Shown here one piece after another: positions 53,887-64,000 of a stretch of 64,000 nt of DNA. The stretch's first letter is position 1; the number at the start of each line of letters is the position of its first letter. A model generated the notes under the pieces. The model did not search any database. It was not told the DNA's origin and was given only the letters and a program-made list of their open reading frames with translations. A program made the translations under genes and the position numbers. This stretch comes from Phoronis australis (lineage: Eukaryota > Animalia > Phoronida), in assembly GCA_002633005.1 (NCBI GenBank), contig NMRA01000250.1, positions 413,524 through 477,523 on the forward strand, written 5' to 3'.

Positions 53887-54420
53887 ATGCCACTTGTAAT
53901 TTCCTGTCCACCGTTTTGACCACTTGGCCACGATATTCGGCAGAGCAGTTCGCTCTCTTTCCGTTGAGATTTTTTTCTGGGGTAAATTTAACAGTTGCAG
54001 ACGGTGACGCTCGCTGAGTGTCGCGGTTCGGAACGCTAATCTGCACAGTGTATCCATGCCACCCGCTGCTACTAGTTGACGCGCACGTGCAGCTGCTGTT
54101 TAGACCAAGCACAAAAAAATGGTCGAGACACGAAATGGACACGGTGACTCTCGTGATGTTTAATTTTACCCGTTCCTGCGCTACGACAGTATTGTTTTGC
54201 TTCACTGTGCAAGTGATTATTTTGCCATTCATGTCTTGCCTCGGATCAAAAGTTAGCTGTGCTTTAGAAGTCGTGATCGATTTCATTTCCTGTAACGTTA
54301 TGATAACGCTGGTCCATTCTTGGTTGTCACCAGCAGATTCGCACCAGCACGATGACGACAATCCTTCAATGAGAACGGGCGAGTTGCATGTTACTTTCGC
54401 AGTCGCTGTACTGCCAACGT
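53887..54420 (-). CDS. Ig-domain membrane protein, exon encoding Ig domains 1 and 2
   Basis: Acceptor ttttcag and donor gtatgc; 534 nt, phase 1-1. Two Ig-like repeats with E/F-strand motifs LTFDPRQDMNGKIITCTV and VKFTPEKNLNGKRANCSA (nectin/nephrin/CD80-like C2 type). Confidence 0.88.
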
Positions 54421-54502
54421 CTGAAAATCGCAGTATTAATAAACCAGCGCTGTTTTTACAAAATGCCTACTATAACAGCGCACTACCTATTTACAAGAAG
54501 AT

Positions 54503-54729
54503 CAGGGGCGTATCTACGGGTGGGGGGTCAGGTGTTTAAACCCCCCGAGATAGGATCAAAAATAAAAATTTGAAAAACGTCGCCTGGAACACGAAATCTG
54601 CTACAAAACCAAAAAATCTTACACGAGAAGGAGGGAAGCCCATCCCAGCCTTCCCCCCACTCGGGGCTGCGCGCCTCAGATTCGCACGAATCCTAAAACC
54701 CCCTTGCTGAAAACGTAGATTTGCCAATG
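54503..54729. mobile_element. GC-rich MITE with 5-bp TSD, in an Ig gene intron
   Basis: CAGGGGCGTATCTACG / CGTAGATTTGCCAATG, TSD AAGAT. Confidence 0.7.
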
Positions 54730-54869
54730 AAGATGGATCTATTTGGAAGAGGAATAACATACATGTAGGACGTGTCTAGACTAAAAACGGGGATCTTATG
54801 ACGTGTCCAGAATGAAAAGTTGCAAGAAAAACGTTCACATTTTAATATTAAAATGTTCAAACTACTTAC

Positions 54870-54923
54870 ATTGAATGACAGCGGAAAGCAGCACAGTTGC
54901 AGAACATCTTTTGCTTATCTCGT
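54870..54923 (-). CDS. Ig-domain membrane protein, 54-nt leader exon
   Basis: Strong acceptor ttttttgcag and donor gtaagt; phase 1-1; encodes (D)EISKRCSATVLLSAVIQ. Confidence 0.75.
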
Positions 54924-55200
54924 CTGCAAAAAATGGAAAGACAAGAGTAACTTCCATCTCGTGGAATAATACTATTAATTTCCCCCCCCTTGAAACTATT
55001 AATAGGGAACATATGAAACAATGAATTGCTCTGTGGATAACTAAGGTTCCGATAGGTTTCTAGATGTGGTCAACGTTACTTCCACGACGCTTTGGAGTTG
55101 AAAAAGTCGACTTACGGCCATAACTTATGATCACTATGATGAGATCTACATAAGGTTTTTCAATGAAACCTCAATCAGGTATCGGCTTTACGATGCTTTC

Positions 55201-55521
55201 TGTTGATGTGCTAGCAGTGAAAGGCATTCTGTTCGGTTAGGAACGTTGAATGCGCGACACAGTGCGAGAACGCGGTCCAAGGATAATACTAGTCTGAAGG
55301 AGGATAATAGTTTTATTACATACTCTTCTACTGATACTACTGAGTCTGTTACAATCCATGCGATCATACACTTATATAGTGACATACATGAATCATAACA
55401 GGATATAGTGAACAAACATGTTTACTGCAATTCCTCATGTTGGGGGTGTATTATGTAACACTTAATTCTGTGAACTACTCCTATATATGCACTCACTCGG
55501 ATATGAGATCATACTCTAACA
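55201..55521 (-). repeat. 3' LTR of the Copia element
   Basis: 321-bp direct repeat of 59533-59853; preceded on the minus strand by the PPT (55522-55529). Confidence 0.97.
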
Positions 55522-55563
55522 CTCCCCCTTGATCTCATATTCGTTACATTTATTACGCAATCT

Positions 55564-58500
55564 TTAATTACAAACATCATTTCCAAAAACATAGTTAACA
55601 AACTTCTGTAGTTTCACTTTTGACAACAACTTCGTAAACATATCTGCAATGTTTTCTGATGATGGAACATACAATAGGTTTACAGAACCTTTCTCAACTT
55701 CTTCTCTGATAAAATGATACTTGATGTCAATATGTTTCGATCTCTGATGAGTTGCACTATTCTTACACAATGCAATTGCGCCTTGATTGTCACCGTACAA
55801 TATTGGACAATACACATCAATTTGTTTTTCCATACACTTTAACAATTGCTTCAGAAATAACAATTCCTGAATAGCATTCGACATTGCTATATATTCGGCT
55901 TCACAAGTAGATAAAGCAATTGTAGATTGCTTCTTTGATTTCCATGAAATCGCTGCACTGTTTTCACATAAGCCAAAACAATATCCCGTAATACTGTGTC
56001 TGTCATCAGATGATCCCCAATCTGCATCACTAAAACCAATAATTCTCAAACCATTTTCAGACTTTCTAAATCTGAGTGAATAATCCATAGTTCCTTTCAA
56101 ATAGCGTAACACCTGTTTCAATTTAATCATGTCAGCCTCAATTGGCTCTGACAGTTTCTGAGATAATTTTGTCACAACAAAACATAAGTCTGGTCTTGTA
56201 CACGTCATTGCATAAATCAAACTTCCCACTATTTCACGATACATTGTTTTGTCTACTACTGCTACGTCATTGCACGCTTGAGTAACATCTTGTTCACAAG
56301 GAGTCAATCTGGGTTTACAATCTGTCATCCCAAATTTATCTAACAGTTTTCTCAAATACTTCTTCTGACTCATATCAATTTCGCCTTGTTTATGCTCAAA
56401 CTCTATTCCAAGAAAATAGGCAATTTTACCAAGATCTTTCATCTTAAACTTATTACATAACATCTGCTTGGTATTTCTGAGTAAAACCTCATCACTTGCC
56501 ACGATTATTATATCATCGACCCAAATCAACAGCAATGTCATGGATCCCTTTGGATCACAACTAGTAAACATACACGGGTCAACTTCGTTCTGTTTATACC
56601 CCATCTCAATAAGATAATTTCTGAGAACGTAATTCCAATTCCGGCCACTTTGCTTCAAGCCATACAGTGACTTGTTAAGTTTCCAAACAAGTTTTTCACC
56701 AGTTTCTGATAATTCCTCGAAACCTTGTGGTTGTGTCATATAAATTTCGCAATCAATCGGTGCATTTAAATAGGCCGTTTTCACATCCATTTGATGTACA
56801 TGTAAGTCGTTCTCAACAGCTAATTGAATTACTGCCCTAATAGTACTCAATTTCACAGTTGGAGCATATGTATCATAGTAATCTCTTCCAGGAATTTGGC
56901 TATAGCCTTTTGCCACAAATCTCGCCTTGTGAGTTATATTTCCCTTGCTATCTTCCTTAATGGCAAACACCCATCTGCCGCCAACAATATCATTGCGTCC
57001 CTCAGGCAGTTTGGTCAATGTAAATGTATCATTCTCCCTTAATGAGTCCATTTCGTCATTCATGGCCTTTTCCCAAAATTCTGATTCATTTGAATTCATT
57101 GCCTCCTCATACGTTTGAGGAATTCCCATAATTTTGTAGCAATAATCAATATTTCCGGCAACATAATCATTCAAATAACTTGGGGGTCTTCTTTCTCTGA
57201 GAGGATATCTTCTTTGACCACCCTCAGTTGCGTCATTATTCTCATTTGACTCATTCTTTATTTGACTGGATTCAGTCTTAATTTCGCCATTTTTCTCTTC
57301 CTTAGTTTCAGGATTCATTCTTGGCAATCTCACCAATTCTTCATCACACTCATTTGGTGTGGCATCTGACAAATCAAAATTATCAGGGAATTTTACTAAC
57401 CGACTTCTGAGAATTCTGTCACTCTCAGGATCATAAACAAGATATGCGGGACTCCCCCTGTCATATCCAACAAAAATACCCCTTATGCTTTTTGCATCAA
57501 GTTTCTTCCTCTTGGGGTCATTATCATATGCATAACACACGCTTCCGAAAATATGCATGTTGCTTACATCGGGTTGTCGTCCAGTGAACCCTTCCACTGG
57601 GGTTTTCTTAATATTTGAGTTGAAACATCTGTTTCTAATATATGCAGCAGACATAACCGCATAAGTCCAAAATCTTTTTGGCAAATTGGCATTTATCAAC
57701 AAGCATCTGGCCATTTCAAATAAAGTGCGCCACCCTCGTTCAACTGTCCCATTTTGGTGTGGGGAATAGGGGGCCGACTTTTCGTGTTTAATACTGTGGC
57801 TCAACATGAGCTCCTGAAATTCGCTCGATGTAAATTCTGTACCATTGTCGGTACGCATACGCTTCACTTCTCCATAGGGTGCACAGTCTGCTATAAAACG
57901 TTTTGTGGCCTTGACTGTGTCTGACTTCTGTTTCATAAAATATACCATATTCACCCCACTAAAATCATCAACGAAGGATATTGCATATCTAAATCCATCT
58001 TTTGAAATGGGATCAATCGGTCCTGCCAAATCACAATGAACGAATTCTAATGCTTTCGTACTGCGGGCATCTGGATTCCTATTCCTAGTATTAGTCATTT
58101 TCCCCAGAGTACAAACGTCACAATCCACCTTAGCCTTGTCAGTAATTTTCATACCTCTAACAACGGTTTCTAATCTCAATACGTCATCATTGTTACAATG
58201 GCCAAAAATTTTGTGCCATGTACACAGGTCATGCTCTCTGACTTTATTTGCTGTGTCAGAAGCCAATACATCCAAATAATCCATATAATACAATTTTCCA
58301 CGTTTTTCAATTTCGAATTCTGTCCCTTCACGAGCAATTAATTTTGCATTTTCTGATTCAAAAATCACTGAAGCTCCATTAGCAACAGCAGCCTGGACAG
58401 AGAATATTTCCTGTGGATAGCTTGGTATGTACAAAACATTTGTCAATGTGGAACAGATGACATTGCCCTCACTGTCTATTAGCCTAATGTCAACATCACC

Positions 58501-59559
58501 ACGTGCCTGTGCTATACCAGTTGTCCTAGTCCCATCTGCCAATTCTATGCAGTGACTAGACGGATCAAATTTCTCATCAAAACATTTAAACTTAGACCTG
58601 TCTGTAACAATATGGGATGTTGCCCCAGTATCAACTAACAGTTTGTTTACTAACATCTGATCATGTTTAAACCTATCATCGCTAACCTTAAAACTGAAAT
58701 CATTAAATCTACTTCCCTGCTGGTCTTGTTCCTCAGCTGCTTTGTGGGCTTTACTTGTGCCTTTCCTTCTTCGGCAATCCTCGAAATTGTGGGAGCTGTT
58801 TTTACACAGTCTGCACCATCTTCTTTTAGTTCTGCAATCTTGTGCTTTATGTCCTTTTCGACCGCACGTCCAACATTCCACTGGTTTCTTCTGTCGGTAG
58901 GTCGCCGACCTCATTACGGAGTCTTCTGTTTGTCTCGCATTTTCATTTTCTTCAAAAGACTTTAACTTCACTTTGAAGTCTCCAAACGTTATTTTATCTG
59001 TGTTCTGAGACACATAAACGATGAAGGGTCCGAATTTGTCTGGTAATCCCTTCATCGCCATTGCGATCAACAGGCTATCACTTATAACCTCTTCCGCTGT
59101 TCGCAGGTAAGTTGCGGCACGTTCTGCCCTGATTAGATAGTCTGTCACAGACTCATTAGCTTCCATTTTTAGTGCCGTCAGTTCGCTGTATAGCCCAATT
59201 ATTCGTGGCTTACTGCACCCCGTATAATGTTCTCGTAAAATCTTGAGTGCCTCACGGCCGTCATTTCTCGCATCTCGAATTATTAAGTTCAAACTTCTGT
59301 CGTCCAAGTATTGAACTAGTTCGCAGAATGCTTCTTCATTCTTCTCATCATCGACGGTTTCCGCGTCGGATTCAATTGTCGCTTTCAGATCTAGCGATTT
59401 CAAATGTCCGAGAAACTTAATTTCCCACAGTTCATACCTTCTTTCATCTCCATCAAAACATAGCCGACTCAGTCTTCCTGAACCTCTACTCACGCTAGTG
59501 CTGGAACTGCTGGCCGTACTGGGCCCATAACCTGTTGATGTGCTAGCAGTGAAAGGCAT
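55564..59559 (-). CDS. Copia Gag-Pol polyprotein (1331 aa)
   Basis: Domain order is Gag (FDGDERRYELWEIKF), two zinc knuckles (CWTCGRKGHKAQDC, CRLCKNSSHNFEDC), protease (LVDTGATSH), integrase (HKIFGH...CDVC; HCDL, RTDNGTEF, QNGTVER), RT (QMDVKTAYLN, SLYGLKQ, WVDD) and RNase H (DADW, EAEY, DNQGA, ADMFTK). Integrase before RT is diagnostic of Copia. Confidence 0.98.
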   Translation of the reverse strand: MPFTASTSTGYGPSTASSSSTSVSRGSGRLSRLCFDGDERRYELWEIKFLGHLKSLDLKATIESDAETVDDEKNEEAFCELVQYLDDRSLNLIIRDARNDGREALKILREHYTGCSKPRIIGLYSELTALKMEANESVTDYLIRAERAATYLRTAEEVISDSLLIAMAMKGLPDKFGPFIVYVSQNTDKITFGDFKVKLKSFEENENARQTEDSVMRSATYRQKKPVECWTCGRKGHKAQDCRTKRRWCRLCKNSSHNFEDCRRRKGTSKAHKAAEEQDQQGSRFNDFSFKVSDDRFKHDQMLVNKLLVDTGATSHIVTDRSKFKCFDEKFDPSSHCIELADGTRTTGIAQARGDVDIRLIDSEGNVICSTLTNVLYIPSYPQEIFSVQAAVANGASVIFESENAKLIAREGTEFEIEKRGKLYYMDYLDVLASDTANKVREHDLCTWHKIFGHCNNDDVLRLETVVRGMKITDKAKVDCDVCTLGKMTNTRNRNPDARSTKALEFVHCDLAGPIDPISKDGFRYAISFVDDFSGVNMVYFMKQKSDTVKATKRFIADCAPYGEVKRMRTDNGTEFTSSEFQELMLSHSIKHEKSAPYSPHQNGTVERGWRTLFEMARCLLINANLPKRFWTYAVMSAAYIRNRCFNSNIKKTPVEGFTGRQPDVSNMHIFGSVCYAYDNDPKRKKLDAKSIRGIFVGYDRGSPAYLVYDPESDRILRSRLVKFPDNFDLSDATPNECDEELVRLPRMNPETKEEKNGEIKTESSQIKNESNENNDATEGGQRRYPLRERRPPSYLNDYVAGNIDYCYKIMGIPQTYEEAMNSNESEFWEKAMNDEMDSLRENDTFTLTKLPEGRNDIVGGRWVFAIKEDSKGNITHKARFVAKGYSQIPGRDYYDTYAPTVKLSTIRAVIQLAVENDLHVHQMDVKTAYLNAPIDCEIYMTQPQGFEELSETGEKLVWKLNKSLYGLKQSGRNWNYVLRNYLIEMGYKQNEVDPCMFTSCDPKGSMTLLLIWVDDIIIVASDEVLLRNTKQMLCNKFKMKDLGKIAYFLGIEFEHKQGEIDMSQKKYLRKLLDKFGMTDCKPRLTPCEQDVTQACNDVAVVDKTMYREIVGSLIYAMTCTRPDLCFVVTKLSQKLSEPIEADMIKLKQVLRYLKGTMDYSLRFRKSENGLRIIGFSDADWGSSDDRHSITGYCFGLCENSAAISWKSKKQSTIALSTCEAEYIAMSNAIQELLFLKQLLKCMEKQIDVYCPILYGDNQGAIALCKNSATHQRSKHIDIKYHFIREEVEKGSVNLLYVPSSENIADMFTKLLSKVKLQKFVNYVFGNDVCN
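59519..59532 (-). promoter_or_regulatory. Primer binding site (half initiator-tRNA-Met type)
   Basis: GGTTATGGGCCCAG abuts the LTR. This matches the Drosophila copia type PBS, which is complementary to an internal part of tRNA-iMet rather than its CCA end. Confidence 0.85.
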
Positions 59560-59853
59560 TCTGTTCGGTTAGGAACGTTGAATGCGCGACACAGTGCGAG
59601 AACGCGGTCCAAGGATAATACTAGTCTGAAGGAGGATAATAGTTTTATTACATACTCTTCTGCTGATACTACTGAGTCTGTTACAATCCATGCGATCATA
59701 CACTTATATAGTGACATACATGAATCATAACAGGATATAGTGAACAAACATGTTTACTGCAATTCCTCATGTTGGGGGTGTATTATGTAACACTTAATTC
59801 TGTGAACTACTCCTACATATGCACTCACTCGGATATGAGATCATACTCTAACA
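59533..59853 (-). repeat. 5' LTR of the Copia element
   Basis: 321-bp direct repeat of 55201-55521; followed on the minus strand by the PBS. Confidence 0.97.
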
Positions 59854-59905
59854 CTTTCCCCAGTTTTGTTACGCACAGATAAACAAACTGTGTACCGTGT
59901 TTTAC

Positions 59906-59921
59906 CTCCACAGTTCTTCAT
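59906..59921 (-). CDS. Ig-domain membrane protein, predicted start exon (MKNCG)
   Basis: AAA ATG AAG AAC TGT GGA G|gtaaaa. The phase 1 donor is compatible with the 54870-54923 exon and supplies the missing Met for a signal-peptide-like leader. Confidence 0.55.
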
Positions 59922-62871
59922 TTTCCAATTTAACTTCCTTTTAAGTACAGCACACGGCACGATTACAGTTATTTCACTCTAACGTGATCTCACGTAATAC
60001 ACGCGCTTTTTTACTTGCATAACTAAGGCAGTCGCCTTTTCAATTGAGGCAAGGGTCACAGTTTTATTTGTAGGCGAAAAGTTGTACCTATTTTACTAAA
60101 CTATTAACATCCAAGGAATTGTTTTTAAAACAATTCTATTAAAAAAATAACATTTACGCAGAAATATTACGACTTTTCATCTCAGGAACTTCTGTTTTTT
60201 ACTTTTTTAGTAGGCCGTTACTTTACAATAGTTCAGTCATCACCGGTTAACGAAGACTCAGTTCTTCAAACACCTTCCAATTCATGAACGTACACGTACC
60301 TGGAATTTCCGAAAATAGGACCACTCAAAAGTACTCCCAAGGGCGTATTTTTGGAAAATGTTCCATACGGACGCCATCAATGGGTCCGGCAACTGTTCAG
60401 CTGCATTGACTGAATGATGTTTTAGTTAAAAATCTGACGGATTGTTTTAAAATACGTATATAATATTTTTCAATACAAGGTATTGGCAAGGCTTTTTACC
60501 ATCTGGGATCGCAATTTTACTCAAAGTATCATTTAAGGAGATATTGGGACCACAAATTGACCAATCACTACTGAATCACTAGTGAGAACCCGACTCTGAA
60601 ATACGTTTTACGGCTAGACTCCGCGTTTGAAGCGCTACATGAGAGACTATGCTACGTTTATCCGTGGCCACAGACACAGTAGAAAAGAGTTAATGTGCAA
60701 CTCCCATCTCCGATCGGAAAGTGTCTTGCCAGTATCTTCAGAGAATCAAGTCTCCGAAAGTGGCCCGGCTCAGACCGGTTGGGGAACCGAGTGAATAACA
60801 GAGTTGTTCACCTATCGAGAAAAAATGAACTAGCGTACTCTTCAGCGTGGAAGACCAGAAAACTAATGCAACGAAAACTTCGCTGAGGTGAAAATGTTGT
60901 TGTGAATAAAGTGATGCGTCCGTGTCAAAGGAACTGGAATTTAGTGTAGGTAATTGTCTGCGTATAAATGTATTACCATACCGTTCTGTCATCGTTTAGT
61001 GTGTTCTGAGACTTAGCCTACCAGTAAAAAGTCAGTGCCCACTCGCCCTCTCGCTCTGACTAAGTTTTAGCTGTTGTTTGAGCAGTCGCTGTCTCGGTAT
61101 CGGCACAGCCCACTCGGCCTCGTCTTTTCTTTTTTGGCTGTCCAGCTGGTGGCCCCTCCAGAGCCATTTGTACATTTAATGCCATAGCTAATTTCTCATG
61201 GAGAAAAGCTGAACTCAGTGCTGAGCAGCTGGCAGACAAGATCCTGAAGCCTCAAGACTCGATACTCGAGTATTTACTGACTTAACGGAAACTGTAGTCG
61301 TAGTCCTAAATCTAAGACCTAACACAGTAAATTACTGTTTTAGACCATAAACAGCCGTAGTTGCCAATTTCTTGGTGTTGACAGGACTGTCCTAATTTAT
61401 CCAGGAAAAGCATTAGAATGCCCCACCAAAGTTTAAAAAACAGGCCAGGTACTGTTGGTTTTTATCTGTGTGTCGGCTTATTTTTGTGCTTTCCACACCA
61501 GGCTTATAAAGTTTACTAACTATCAAAGTGAGTATTTACCCGACACATTGGCCAAATAAATCAATTTTAGCTGTTTCTTTCAACAAACTTTTCAACTTTC
61601 TTAATAAAAGACGAAGACTTACCTTTAAGATTAAGAGCTAGGTTCTATTTGAAATTCCACCAAGGTTGGTTTGATCAGTGGCTCTGTTTAAAAAGAAAAC
61701 TGTTTTAAATTCTAGTGTCATGGTAACCATTTCATAACTTTAAAAGAAGGCAACGTGAACTTGAACAGCAGAATCTGAAGTGGCGATTTGAAGAAAAGAA
61801 TTTAAATTATCAGTTCCATGGTATCAGAAAAACAAGTGTCATTTGGCCTGTAAAAATTGACTTGTTGTCCGTAATTGTTATATGAGTAGCAAAAATCAGT
61901 TTAGTTTGCCCACAAGGCTGGAACTTCATATTTTTGTTTAGTGTGAACACTGAAGTTGTCTGGTGAATAACAAAAAATGTCCAACTAGGTTGTGACATCG
62001 TTAAGAGGCTATTCAGGGTGAATAGAAAATTTGTGTTATTTGGCTGATTAGACTGACATTATTTCGACTAAAAGCAACTTTGGAATGTTTGCCGAGTGAA
62101 TAGCAAAAAATAGTTTTTTGTTGGAAAACGTGTGACTTCATAATTATCGACTAATGAGAACTATAAATGCAATGGTCGGAAAAATCTCACAAACCAGCTC
62201 ATTTGAGAGATTTGTGAGGGTGAGTAACAAAAATCGGTTTATTTGGCTGACTTGTTGGGCAAATAGCAAAAATGTGCTTACTTAGCCGTCTTTTCAATAA
62301 AAGCAAGAAATGAGAGGCACATTGAAAAAGGGTTGATGGTGGTCATGCGTAACTGTTGAACCAATAGTTATCGCCGTGAGCTGTATACTAACCCCTCACT
62401 CCTATGAGCGTGGACATTTTGAACATGTTTGTGAATTTTGTGATTCCTGTCTAGTTTAAATTTTCAGTCGTGGAGAACATTTTGAGCTTTGGTCTTTTTT
62501 GACATTCTTTCATGTTTTGCATTGATTGAATGTAATTTTATTATCCTTCGATTTTGTTAGGACACATGCAAGAAATATGTGTTGTCAGCCATTTTGTCAG
62601 CCATGTTGTTCTTTTGATGTGAGAGTGACTTATTTTGGTCATTTGAACCAGAAAGGGTGAAGTGTGAATGGGTTGTTGATAAATTGCTGGCAGTTCAGAC
62701 TGACTTAATGTTCACTACCATGTAAACATTCTTAAGTATCATGTTCTAAAAAGAATAGTTCATGTGATTGGTGTCTCTCCACCCACTTCCCTAAACAGGT
62801 TTAAGACAATATTAAGCATTGTGTTTCTACTTTGCTTACAGGAGACGACATTTGGACTCCACAATGCGATC

Positions 62872-62941
62872 ATGGTTTTGGTTTATCGTGTACTTTTTGT
62901 GCTTGTGACGATCACAGTTATGACGAATGGACTACAAGAAT
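62872..62941 (+). CDS. Signal-peptide exon of a secreted or membrane protein continuing beyond the window
   Basis: Acceptor ctttgcttacag ends at 62841. MVLVYRVLFVLVTITVMTNGLQE is followed by a phase 1 donor T|gtaagt. Confidence 0.6.
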
Positions 62942-64000
62942 GTAAGTTGAGCATTCGCTGGCCTATGAACTCAAATATACCATGGCACGTGTCAGACGTA
63001 ATCTCCTAAGTTGTACCCTTTGTGAAGTTGTACCCTTTGTGAAGTTTTAAGTAAAATATTTTATGAACCCGATTGCTTTACTAGATTTGCGGACTAAAAC
63101 ATTTTGCCAAAATTATACCTTTTTTCGGTTTTCAAATTCTTATTTCAGGTTTTTTAACATTGTGAATGCCCACAACTTTTCAATGTCTGAGGGTAGCTAC
63201 TGTAAAGAACTTGAAATCAAAGTAATACTTTTGGTCAGGGACTCATCTGAGATTTCAAAAATGGGGTGTTCAAAATGCTTTTCCCAATTACTCAGGGCGT
63301 CCATTACAGAGACTGTGTGACTGCCTTATTTACGACCCCAATTAAATTGTAGTTATTGTGTGGTAACTGTGGAGATATGAGTCTGCAATGAAGTTCATTG
63401 TATCTTACATCACATCTTTACTAGATGTTTTACTCTAGATAGGCCAGTGTCCTCTCCCAGAGCTGTTAGGAAGTTACAAGACACAAATACTTACTTGCTT
63501 ACTTAACCATTCAAGTGCTAAGCAGGGCACCCAAATGCTGAACAGGGCGTCCTAGCTAGGATGCCTAAGTTTGAACACCATGGAAGCCTGCTGCATGAAG
63601 GCCTGTATTGGTGCTATTTATCACTAATGAACAAAAAATAAGAAAAGGGAATTTCACTCGTCCTTCATGTTATGTTCTAAATTGGTGAACTTTTACCATA
63701 ACCTCCTGTAAAAAGGAATGAATTTTGGGTCCATATGAGTGGTGAAAATCCTAGGTCTTTATCATGATGGCTTTGTACTGTTTGTAAAAGGTTGAAAAGT
63801 TCGTTGCCACTTGCAGTTAGCTTTTAATGCTGGAATTGGTGTGGAAGCACACACATTCTCGGCCAAAAGCTCATTAACGATAAACTAATCCAATCATTCC
63901 CTGCACAGTTGTGTCAGTTTGACGTTACAGTCGTCTGACTACCATAATGTAAAAATAAAAAAATAATGGTTTTGAGGATATTCAAGGCAGCAGCATAGTG

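Larger units (their letters stand above)
55201..59853 (-). mobile_element. Full-length Ty1/Copia LTR retrotransposon
   Basis: Two 321-bp TG...CA LTRs (55201-55521, 59533-59853) differing at 2 positions by eye. 5-bp TSD CTTTC at 55196-55200 and 59854-59858. PBS GGTTATGGGCCCAG directly after the 5' LTR and PPT AGGGGGAG before the 3' LTR. One uninterrupted gag-pol ORF. Confidence 0.98.

Noticed and set aside
54018-54539. Plus-strand ORFs 54018-54539 and 52360-52773
   Set aside because: They are antisense shadows of the Ig exons.
55188-55415. Duplicated small ORFs MFTISCYDSC... (also 59490-59747)
   Set aside because: They are incidental frames inside the LTRs.

Overview
AT-rich, intron-containing animal (probably marine invertebrate) genomic DNA from a gapped draft assembly. 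No prokaryotic features, CRISPR array or rRNA were seen. Genes that can be spliced by hand with consistent phases: a 3-exon TMEM101 (minus strand, 261 aa), a coiled-coil gene with one coding exon (minus, 313 aa), and a 5-exon type I membrane protein with three Ig domains (minus, 386 aa). There is also an orphan terminal Sushi/CCP exon and the signal-peptide exon of a divergent plus-strand gene. The most striking feature is an intact, very young Ty1/Copia LTR retrotransposon (321-bp LTRs with 2 differences, 5-bp TSD, half-tRNA type PBS, ORF starting inside the LTR). It sits in sense orientation 52 bp into the first coding intron of the Ig gene and splits its signal-peptide exons. The rest is dense with small TIR elements (9-, 8-, 5-, 4- and 3-bp TSDs), decayed LINE, Gypsy and Academ-like remnants, a tRNA-derived SINE, and mini/microsatellites, including a 39-bp palindrome-rich array with a 7-unit higher-order period. 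All calls are by eye; no searches were run. I found no clearly new biological system, only candidates for follow-up.
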